Positions 24,120-35,097 of a stretch of 64,000 nucleotides of DNA are shown in pieces. The notes below the pieces were generated by a model. That model saw nothing but the letters and a program-made list of their open reading frames with translations. It did no database searches and was not told the DNA's origin. Both the position numbers and the translations under genes were made by a program. This stretch comes from Antedon mediterranea (taxonomy: Eukaryota; Animalia; Echinodermata): positions 7,998,001-8,062,000 of the forward strand of contig NC_092673.1 in assembly GCF_964355755.1 (NCBI RefSeq), written 5' to 3'. Position 1 is the first letter of the stretch; each line of letters opens with the position of its first letter.

Positions 24120-25209
24120 AGGAACCTTTGTTCACCTGGGTGTCTTGTCTAAGCTACAATCAATGAGCGTTGAATTTGAACTCACAACGTCCAACACGCC
24201 CTCACTATACGCTACCATATCGTATTAACTTATGATAATAGCCACTATGACACGGAATGACCGCTGACTTTTTGGATGATGGTCTTCTATAGTGATTAGG
24301 CCCTTATTGTCATTTACCTTGATCCTGGATGTAATCATTTGTCTGTCAATAATCTGGAAGAGTTACCTGAATTATTTTGGCGGTACTGAAAGTCTTGTGA
24401 TTATTGATATGTTTTCTTACCCTATTAGATTAGATAGCCAATTCCAATTTTTTACAATAATAACAATTATTTATATTTGAACTTTACGAAAGTCCGCTGC
24501 AGCTAGAGCTTCGTGAAATAAGCCCCTCTTTTAAGAGTGGACTATTTTTAAGGTAGGACATTTACTAATTTCCTATGTTATAAAAGGTTAACCGGGTAAT
24601 AAACTTCTAATAAAATAGTATTTTCTTGTTTAAAATTGATTGTTTTGCTTTATATAATTTTTCTTTCTTATTTTTACAAAACGGGCTTATTTCATATGAC
24701 GCTCGTTCTGCTTTCCGCTGACGAAAACGTAAGTGGGGTTGTGTTGTTTCAAAGGTTTCAATTTATAAAAACAATATAAATGATGGTGGTAAGTGCTGCT
24801 TATTCCAGTGTGATTTAATAATAAATTTAAAGAAGATATTTTTCATCTACTAATCCCATAAGAAGTTTCACTCATAGTGGGGGAATGGATATGTAGCAAT
24901 GGATAGCATATTTTATGACTTTCATTTGATACAAAATAGTTATTCCGAACACTTGAGTTATTTTATATTATATAAATATACACAAATTAATTACCAATAC
25001 CAATATTAATTTTTTGTATAAAAAATAATCGAATTATTCTCATTTTCCATTTTCCCAAAAATAGCTTTACGGTTAACACCCAGAACATTTAAAATGGTAA
25101 ACTGGAATTCAGATATTCTTTGGCAGTCTTATCTTTCGTAGAAATAAAATAACATTTTCTTATAATTATTACCAAAGTGTAACTGTACTTCTATAATATA
25201 GATACTATG

Positions 25210-26300
25210 TATGAATAGGCCTACTAACTAAAGATAATATAAAAATAAAAAAATTAAATATTGAAAATTGTCCTAAACAAACTAAATTCAATTGGTCAGA
25301 AACATATAGGGGCCTATTGAAACATTTAAATTAAGATTACAGCATAATAAAATCGATGAGCTTAAAAATGAAATAACTAACTTGATTAATGATAACCTAA
25401 TTGATTAAGCTGTTTCAACTGTAGGTAGATTGTATGAATATGCATATAAAGGAATTATCCATAGGAAATCCAACAATAAAACATCTAAAGCTAAAGACAC
25501 ATGGTATGACATTCAATGTCTTACACTTAAAAACAAAGTTCGAAGAAGTTTAAATAGATTCCGACACAATCGAACACAAACATTACTTAATGCATGGCGA
25601 AGAAAATGCCACCAAGTATATAGACGACTTGATTTCTGGCTAATATCAAACAATATTTTTGATCATGATGGAATAAAATCTTGTGACATAAGACCTGCAA
25701 TATTTACAGACCATCAGGCAATCTCAATTAAGATTGAGTTTATTGATTTAAGAAAAGGCCCTAACTACTGGAAAAGGAACAATGAACTATTACAGAATAT
25801 TGAATATCGAAATTCTATTCGGAAAATAATTTTAAAAACATAAATAAATGAAAATAATCTTGACCCTGAAATATTATGGGAATTAATCAAAATCAGAGTT
25901 AAGAATATATCAATTCTATATGGAAAGAAAATAAATAAAAATAAAAATAAACAAAAAGAGAAACTACAAAAAGAAATAAAGCAATTAAATGATTCATTAT
26001 TATATAGTTGCTCTAAAGAAACCATAGAAATAAACATTGAAACAAAAACTAAAGAGTTAGAAAACATTTATGATAATGAAACAAAAGGTGCATACGTACG
26101 TTCAAGGGTAAAGTGGATAGAAGAAGGTGAACGTAGCACAAAATACTTTTTAAATTTAGAAAAAAGAAATGGTAATAAAAAGGTTATAAAAAGTCTTAAA
26201 AAATTGAACGGCGAAATTATAACAACCTCAAAAGATATTCTTCGAGAAGAGGTTAGGTTTTATAAACAGCTTTATGCAAAGAAAGAGATTTCAGATAGAT
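25210..26300 (+). mobile_element. Non-LTR retrotransposon ORF2 fragments; the part from ~25590 is L1/Tx1-type
   Basis: WRR..RRLDFWLISN..IFTDHQAI..GPNYWKRNNELL..LWELIK..GAYVRSRVKWIEEGERSTKYFLNLEK with internal stops; the upstream WYDIQCLTLK piece appears to come from a different LINE. Confidence 0.8.
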
Positions 26301-26783
26301 AGTCTGAAAATCCTACTAACTATCGATGACATTGTATCAGTAAATAATAATTTTCAGACCCATTTTGCGGAATTCTGGAACGGAACGGGAGCCTCGTTTA
26401 AAGTAGAAGAAACACAATAAAAAATCACACAAACATATTAATTGTGTTTTTAACGAGCTACACTACTATATATAGATACAGTACATGGTGTCGCCTAATT
26501 GCAACAAGCACGTTTGAAATTTGTGAATTTACGAATAAAAAAGCAGAATAAAATGTATCTGACGCTGGACAAAAGTTATATTAATCCATGCAAAAAAAAA
26601 AAAACAAAAAAAAAAACAAACAAAACACTTTGCAAGAATAATAGTCAATCATTGAGGAGAGATATGTTTTTTAATGTTAGAGATTGAATGTAGAATAGTG
26701 GGTTTAAATTACAATTTAATCATAATTACGGTAAATAATTAAGTAAATGGATGACATTATTGTTGGAAAAGAATGTTGAAAAC

Positions 26784-27015
26784 GGTCACTACCAATCTCT
26801 TTGAATTCAGTGGCTCTTTTATTTTCTCGTGTGGTTTCCTTTGTGCCATTTTTTTTTCAACTGGACTTGAAATACTGCATTACTTTCATCATAGTTACTG
26901 GTTTCTGTCATATAATCATTCTTAAAATCTGACCCTTTTTTCTTTATGATGTCCAATTGTATTAACAATTCTGATGTCTCATACTCTCTCAACGCAGGCT
27001 TCAAAAACTTGGGAG
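26784..27015 (-). pseudogene. FKBPL: FKBPL duplicate remnant
   Basis: Nucleotide match, with deletions, to ~32580-32840 (TETSNYDESNAVFQVQLKK vs TETSNYDGSNAVFQVQLKK). Confidence 0.85.
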
Positions 27016-27624
27016 AGCCCAAAGGTTATTGAAAAGTGTGTCAGTTTTGTATACGTTTTGACCTTATTTAAACAATCACTGAAAGGCAATGAAATCCCAA
27101 CAAATCAGATGTTGTATACAAAAAAAAACTATTTTACTAATTTAAAAACCTTTGGTTAAGTGATAAGAGATAAAAAAGAAATGATTGTGTCGTATTCTTT
27201 TTGTGAACAGAGCAAAAGTGCAATTAACAATTGGTTGGAATTTTCATAAATTCGCCAAACTTATAATGGTATAGGCGTAACTCTCAATGAACTCAACTAG
27301 GTACAAGGTCCTAGATAAAAATGCTATAATAAAAGGTGAAGTTCACTACTAAACTAAAAAGGTAAGTCATATATTAAACAGAAACTCTAAAGAAAATTAT
27401 TGATTATATCGGTCTAGGTTAGGCCGATGTTTCACGGTTTTCTGTTTCTGTTTTGTTTAGAATTCGTCTTCGTGGGCTTACCTTTAGGCTTTGTATCTAA
27501 ATAAGCTCTATAAAGACGTTGGTTTAAACATAAATACACTCTAGGCCTAATATGTAAATGAATACTTTTATGTTTCATGTGTTTTCTACTATTTCTTTCA
27601 TGTTTTATATCCCAAATAAGGACA

Positions 27625-30600
27625 ATGGCTGACATAGTGAAGATGATTGTTTTCTTGCTAGTAATACAAAACAAGGTTGTATTTATTCTTTCTTGTAGTA
27701 ATCTGTAGTTAGTTTTCACTGTGATTGAAAAATTCAATCAAACAGCAAAAGAAAACAATTTAAACTGCCAAAAACACTTGCAATCAATAACAGAATATTT
27801 GGTAGACCTATTCATCAATTTATTCAGGAAAGGTATAAAATAAGGTGTAAAGAATCAGCATGCACACAGCATAAATCGTGTTAAACTCGTGAGGAAACGA
27901 ATCGACTATTTTTTTATTTTACAGGTGACAAGTTGTATATATATCTGTTAAATCTCCTCCAGCCATTTATGTCACCGAAATATATTCAACTAGTGATCCC
28001 CTATTCTTTGAAGAATTGGTTTTACCAACTAAACTCGGCCAGCCTATTGCGCTTGATTTTAACCCATATACATCGACAATGTATTGGTCAGATGTTGCAA
28101 ATTTAACTATCGAGAGCTATTCCTTTGAGACATACGAACATTCAGTTTTGATTTCAACGGGAGATGGATGTAAGTGAAGGTTTTCTTTACAGATTAGTGT
28201 ATTACCCGATTATCAGTGCTGTATCTCCACATATTACTACTGTACATTTGCCCAGTATCTTAGGAATAGTTGATAATATTAGCATCTCATTTGTATTATG
28301 TGGTTTCTATATCATGTAAGGTTAGGTTAAGGGTTACCTTGGTCTGATTCAATGTGAAACACATGTGATGTTGTATTACCAAATATATACTGGAGAATCA
28401 GGATACAGTACTAGTAGAGAATCGAGTGAGTAAATCAATCAATCAATCAATCGTTCGATTTCAGTGCATATCGGTTACCTTTACAAGCTTTTGAAGTTCC
28501 ATTGCAGTTGATCAAAGAATATAATTCACTGCCTACTGTACACCTTACAAAATTCACAAAAAAACATGATACAAAACGTTCTTTTTTGTTTTATATTAGC
28601 TAATGTTTTATTGATTTTGTTGGAGGCCAAAAGCTTTACTTTTCTATAGTTTAAAAATACAATCATACCTTAAACTTGTTTTATAGCTTACGTTTCTGAT
28701 ATAGACGTTGATCCATTTGGAGGTAAACTTTACTGGAGTGACAACGTTTTAAAATCTATTGAATGTATTAACTTAGATGGTACTGGGAGAACAGTGATAT
28801 TTTCTCTCATCGACAATCCCACAACCATTGCATTCAATTCGAAAACTCAGTACGTATTTCTTTTAGAATTTTGAATGCTAGAAAATTGGGAAAATTAAGA
28901 TAAAGGCAAAATTACTCCAGGTGAAATTTGAAATAGCTATAAAAATAATATTATAATGTATTATTTATAACAATATTTTTGAATACAGGAAGAATGTTTC
29001 ATTCAAATACGTAAAAAAAGGTCATACAGTTATATTTATACGATAGATTTAAAAATGTGTTGGTTAAATTGTTTTTTTCAGATATTTATACTGGGCCATA
29101 AGTGGGATTTCTAAGAGAATAGAAAGAACCAGAATAGACGATTTAGAAACTCGAGATCAAATTACGAGATTGAATAGGGGATCAGGCGGGATTGATTTTA
29201 AAGGTAAACAGTATAGGTCTACAGTAGGCATATCCTTAATTTGTTTTACTACTCGCCAATTACTGAATAATTTTAATACACTCTTTAAATGTTCATATTC
29301 TTTTGGTTGCCTGTCTATTTGTCTGTCAAATCAAAGTAGTTCATAATTTGCTCCATGGTATTAATTATAGCACAGTTTATCTATATAGGCCTATGTATTC
29401 AAGTTTACCGTATTTAGTATCAAAAGTCAAGACAATGTGACGTGATAGTAGTCATTTTAATTTTGTTTGTTGCGTGGTTTATTTTTAGATCAAAACATAT
29501 ACTGGGTCGATAGCACTCTTTTCCAGGCAGATATGAATGGTACCAATAAAATTTACTTTGGAGAACACACATTTCGAAATACATATAACATTGCTATTCA
29601 CGGTAACATCGCTTACATGACAGACGGTCTCGGCGGTATTCGCCTGGTAGATATCAATATAGGATTTCAAATCTCTTTAATGTTGTGATCTTTGTTTATG
29701 TTTGTGTTATTTAGGCCTATTTGAATACATTTTATAGTTTATTATGTTTAGATTCAACCTGTTAGTGGCGGTTTCATCGCTGTTGGTTGACAACTGAATA
29801 AAATAAATAAAATAAAATAAAATTTCAATATGTCGCACTGTACAATATGGAAGACTTGGTATGCTACGCAGGTAATCAGCAACTCATACATACACTTTTA
29901 AAGATGTATAAATTAAAATAATTTTTGTTGTTGTTAAATATGCAATTCTAATTTTACATTTTTTTAAAAAAAATTGGATTAAAAAAAACAAACAATATTT
30001 ACCTTAAAAAAATGAAATTTAAAGCAAGTGAAAAATCAATTGGTTTTTCGTTGAATTTAACAGTTTATTTTGTCTTTTTATAAGTGAAAACATTATTTTT
30101 CCCGTTTTTCTACGACGAAAATGGCCAATTCGAAGTTTTAATAATCTTCATTTTGCTACTCGGAGACTGCGGCAATTAACAAACTCATAGAATAATAAAT
30201 AAAGACGCATACAACATAAGTTCTGGCTTAGGCCTAAATAATTTAATTAGTAAATGAACATTCACCCATGTAAAACTGCACATAAAAGTCATAAGCAAAT
30301 ATAAGTTATATAGCAATAATTTTCCAATTCTAAGTAAGCACAACAGGGATGCTCAGATAAAAATTACTTGTAAAAATGTTGTCGTGTTAGGATGGAAATC
30401 GGTGATGGAAAATAGGGAAAATTGTCTTCAACTTAATGTGATCGTGTTAACAGAGAGGATGCTTGATCAAAGAGGTCGAAAACCCGCCCTCTCCGTTCTC
30501 AAAATAGAATTGTGTTTCCAACTCAATTCTTGATTTTTTCATGTTTTTGGGGAACATTACATCTTCGTTTCTTTTATATAATTACATAATACAATAAATG

Positions 30601-31045
30601 ATTTCTTATATTTTCTTCTATCCGTGATAATTTGTGGACTATGTACTTACCTTTCAGACCCAATGTGTGTAGATGATGAATGCAAAAACAGATTGCAACA
30701 CAGGTTTAGATACCGGTACAACTAATGTATTTAACGTGTTGTCTAGTGATCTTTACTTGCATTTGATTAACAAAAACAAAATTAATAAGAGGTACATAAC
30801 AAATATTTGTATCTAGACCTATGCAAAATCCATAACTTTAGAAAACTGTGAAAGTGGACAGGTTTAGCCTGTCAATTCAACGGCAGCTATAAAACAAAAT
30901 AATATAATAATAACATTATTTATTTATCGTCCAGTAAGATTATTATGGAAAAATAAATTCTACTTGATATTTTTTGTTTACTTAATTCTGCTTTTTTTTG
31001 TTTATTTCCATAGTTATGGGGTACTGCGAATGTTGGAACCCTTAA
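27625..31045 (+). pseudogene. Pseudogenised tandem paralog of the YWTD-EGF gene
   Basis: Exons 27625-27697, 27925-28169 (+2 nt TA slippage frameshift near 27937-27944), 28687-28849, 29082-29203, 29489-29871 (interrupted by an insertion), 30658-30703 (EGF internally deleted), 31014-31045 (MGYCECWNP*). Confidence 0.85.
29671..29821 (+). mobile_element. 5'-truncated retroposon 3' end inserted in pseudo-exon 5
   Basis: (AAAAT)n-type tail; TSD ATTTCAA at 29664-29670 and 29822-29828. Confidence 0.7.
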
Positions 31046-32135
31046 ATGTGAAGTTTGCAGTACTTTAAATTGCTGATAATCAGAGCATACTCACAACTCG
31101 TACACACATTAGTGGTAAAAGTATAATTAATAAACTGATTCTTTTCCGGTATTTTATGTGGTAAACAATATATAAATTCTATAGCTTGGTGGTGGTGTTT
31201 TATTTTTATGCTCACTTTATCTATATTATTACTGTTTTACACAAACAAATAAATATTTAAAATGTACACTTTTTAAGCGTAGATGTTTGACTTTGACAAT
31301 CTTTGATACATTTTTTTACTGTTAACATTACATTTTAATAGAGCTGTAAAAAAAGTAGAAAACTCGATACATCAAAAATTGAAAAATTAATTTATTATAC
31401 AGATCTTTTACGGACCGATAACAGCATATTTTCTTTTTCCTCTTTATCTGGTGCAGTAAAAATTAGAAATATACAGATATTTGTTTGTTTATCCAAACTA
31501 TTAGGGAAATTACTTTTTGTTGAGACTCAAAATATCTGGAGACGCTTGCCATTACCGGGAGAGTAAGGAGGTCTGTATTATAATTATCGACGGTGAAGAA
31601 TTGAAACCTGTTTCGCGCATGATATAGTATAGTCCGTTGGTTCCCATAGGACGTAACGCAACGACGTAAGTGTGACGTGAGCCAATCACAAGCGATGGAT
31701 TATCCAAATTTTCGCTTAGGATTGGTCAAGTCATTTGCATTGCGCTTACGTCCTAGTGTGAACCAAGCTTTATGTGCTAAGCTAATTTCACGAAATAGAC
31801 ATGCAAATTATTTATCACATATGAACGTTCTTCTTCAAAAAAGAAACAACATAGCAGAAACAAAGTCGTTTTTACGCCGAGATAAATTTTTATTTTGGGA
31901 TATGCACTGTATTCATATGAAATTGAAGTACTGTACAGGTAACTATCGTACTGGCACAATAGATCTCAAAATAGTTTGACAAAGAAATGTACCCAAATAT
32001 GGTAGTGATATGCTTATATGGTAGTTATATGACATCATCATGTCCATACATTTTTTTTATCACATAAAGTTTGATAGTGTAGACAGAGCTAAAGAATGTA
32101 ATACCATTAAAACAGACTGTCCCCTACAAAAATAC

Positions 32136-33053
32136 TTATGTCACTGGTCCACCAAACATTTTACTCATGCCTTTTTTATACTGTTCACAATGTAATTTGA
32201 TTTTGGAGTTTAATGCCTTCATTTGCGTTATAACCGCTTTATTTTTAGGCTCTAATTCCAATGCATGATTCAAATCCTCTTTTGCTTTTTCAAATTCATT
32301 TATAGCAGTATAAGCCTGACCTCTCCTGTAAAGACCTTTGACATTTTTGGGGTCAACAGCTAAAGCTTTTGTACAATGTTCAATGACAAACTCAAAGCGG
32401 TTGCACTTTAACTGACATGCTGCAAGATTGAGTAACGCAGCACATCTCACAGAATTGTATGCACTTATTTGATCTTCATCGTACTCTGTTATGGTCTTTT
32501 CAACTCCCATTGTGATCAAAACTTTTAGACATTTTGTGTAGAATTTTTCAGCTACAGAGAATTTTCCACGTTTAAAATTGTCACTACCAATCTCTTTCAA
32601 TTCAGTGGCTCTTTTTATTTTCTCGTGTGGTTCCAATTCCCAAATTTGTTTCCTTGGTGAGAATTTTTTCAACTGGACTTGAAATACTGCATTACTTCCA
32701 TCATAGTTACTGGTTTCTGTGATAGATTCATTCTTAAAATCCGGCCATTTGTTCTTTATGATGTCTAATGGTATTAACAATTCTGATGTCTCATTTTCTG
32801 TCATACTCTCAACGCATGCTTCAAAAACTTCAGAGAGTTCAGCATCACCATTTCCAATACACATAGCAACATCTTCATTTAATTTATAACCAATAACTTC
32901 ATCTGTTACACTGTTAGCAACCAATGGTATGATGTTAACTAAACATTTTGTTCCATCATTTGGCTTTGAAAGTCCTTTTCCTTCTTGTTTGATTATTTTA
33001 ATGAATGATTTATCAGGTGATTCCCATCTTGATTTTTCTTGTTGATTATCCAT
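32136..33053 (-). CDS. FKBPL: FK506-binding protein-like co-chaperone (degenerate FKBP domain + 3 TPR), 305 aa, single coding exon
   Basis: W.SPDKSFIK..G.GL.KP..G..C, E.C.ESM...E..EL, WELE..EK, NLAACQL, KGLYRRGQA, PKNKA and GMSKMFG match the recalled FKBPL pattern; likely 5'-UTR intron ~33077-33821. Confidence 0.88.
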   Translation of the reverse strand: MDNQQEKSRWESPDKSFIKIIKQEGKGLSKPNDGTKCLVNIIPLVANSVTDEVIGYKLNEDVAMCIGNGDAELSEVFEACVESMTENETSELLIPLDIIKNKWPDFKNESITETSNYDGSNAVFQVQLKKFSPRKQIWELEPHEKIKRATELKEIGSDNFKRGKFSVAEKFYTKCLKVLITMGVEKTITEYDEDQISAYNSVRCAALLNLAACQLKCNRFEFVIEHCTKALAVDPKNVKGLYRRGQAYTAINEFEKAKEDLNHALELEPKNKAVITQMKALNSKIKLHCEQYKKGMSKMFGGPVT

Positions 33054-33829
33054 TAATTAATCTTTTTATATTCTTCCTGTGTTGAAAAGAAAAGTTATAC
33101 TAATTAATATATAAATTTAAAACAATTAAACCATTAATTCAAAAATTGTAAACACTTACTACACTAGGTATACTATCCTATTAAAACTTTAAACATCTAA
33201 GAATGTAATAGACTTAGACTAGAGAGATACTACTAGCAAACTACTGTACTATCTAACTGAGGGCCTAGCCCTACTATTTTTTCTAGCTAGGCCTATGCTA
33301 GTAAATTAAAGTACCGGTAGTACTACTACTAGACTAGATTGATAGGCTTACTAACTAGCCTTGCTACTGTGTAGGCCTTGTGGGCCCCTAAGCTCCATGA
33401 TTATAAAGAAATTAATGAACCCCTACTACTACACCCATATTTTTATAATGGTATAATAGGCCTAGTCCATACATACAGGTTGAGGTGGCCGAAACCGGCA
33501 CCTGATCCGCCTACTGTACTACTCTACCTAGTTCCCATCTCTAGTAGTAGCCTAGCTAGGCCTACTACTATACTACCAGGCAGGCCCAGGGCAGGGGCTA
33601 GCCTACTCCTTCCTAGGCCTACTATAGTACTAGCCTAGTACTAGGCTAGAGACCTACTGTACTACTAGCTAGTAGGAGGCCTAGCTAGGCTAGACTGAAT
33701 ACCCACTAGACTAGGCCTATTAGTTTACCGATTTAAAGCCAAACAATTAAAAACCAAATTTAAGAGATAAGATCCTTTTATCATATGATATGAAAAATAA
33801 AGCTGAACAACCTACACATACAAGGAGGA

Positions 33830-34095
33830 AATATCCAGCTGATTCCTCGGTGATTTTGTTAATTTATCACTATCTTTGGTAAAGCTGTCTGCTTCTTAAT
33901 TCCACCAATCACATTTAGGTTAACAAAAGTTAATGATTGCGACAACCAATAGGATTAGCTGTTTCGTGAATCCTGCTGTTTAGTCATGATTGACCTTCAT
34001 AACCTGTGACACAATAAAATAGAAAGGTGAAATACAAACATTTCTGATCCACGTAAACATGTCCTGTATATTCTTAATTTAATAGATTGTAAGGT
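33830..34095. promoter_or_regulatory. Putative bidirectional promoter shared by FKBPL and GOLGA1
   Basis: Divergent genes with ATGs 2 kb apart, each preceded by a splice acceptor; candidate donors at ~33821 (-) and ~34094 (+, AAG|GTAAC); CCAAT boxes at 33905 and 33946. Confidence 0.5.
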
Positions 34096-35097
34096 AACAT
34101 TAGCCATTTATTATCAACTATATTTATAATCATCAACATTTGAATCTTAGAAAGTGTTATGTTGACAAAAATAATGGAATTTATTACCTTGTATGTTGTC
34201 TAGCCTCCTCTAGATGGCCTAGCTATCCGACCCAGCCAAACAACTACAGTAGCCTATTATAGTATCCACTTCACTAGGCCTAGCCTAAGGCCTAGTAGGC
34301 CGGCGAACCCCTAGTAGGCCCAGAGTCTAGGCCTACTAGAGTCTAGAAGGCCTAGACTAGCTTACAGTCTATTAAACTATTTAGGGTATTTAGGCTTAGA
34401 CTAAAGCCTAAGTAAATCCAAATCAAACTTTTTTTGACATAAATAAACAAATAGACTGCTTTCTGTGTCAACTTTCATGTGTGTGAATGTGCAGAATGAC
34501 AATTTGACTGGCTTATCAGAACTTTTTTATCAAGACTACTGAAATGAATTTAAATTTGTTGAGAACTCTTGCTTTATGTTGACTCGAATTTTGGCGATTG
34601 ACATGAAAAAATGTCAAAATCAACGCTAGAAATGTACAAAACATGTCATATAGGTAAGGTTGCAGTCATCAAGAACTCAGAGTTTTTTTGTTGTGTGACA
34701 TGCTATGGTTTTGTAACACTCTATTCCTGCCTTTCCCAGCAATTATGGAGAGAGAGAGAAACGCTATAACAACGTTTAAAACAATTTCCAAGCAACTTGT
34801 GATCATTTGTGTAAATATTGGCGGTCTGGCCTAATCATTTTTGGTTATTAGTTCTCAATAAAAATAGTTAGGAAACTTACCATCCATAAATTATTCAATC
34901 TTATTTATTATATGAAACAAATAACATATCAACTATTTGTGCAAATATGGGAAGAAATGATTTCATTTTATAAGTTAACATAAATAAATTGATGTTGTTT
35001 TGGCCAATCATCAAATAATGTATCTGATTATTTTTATTTTCATTTACTGTATGGTGTCAGATAAAGTGTAGCAAATATTCACAACGGTAAAACAAAG

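Noticed and set aside
32136-33053. FKBPL as a processed retrocopy
   Set aside because: The ORF is intact, has an upstream splice acceptor and shows no poly-A or TSD; a single coding exon is normal for FKBPL
33378-33638. 86-aa ORF between FKBPL and GOLGA1
   Set aside because: Non-ATG start in low-complexity AGGCCT/CTAG intronic sequence
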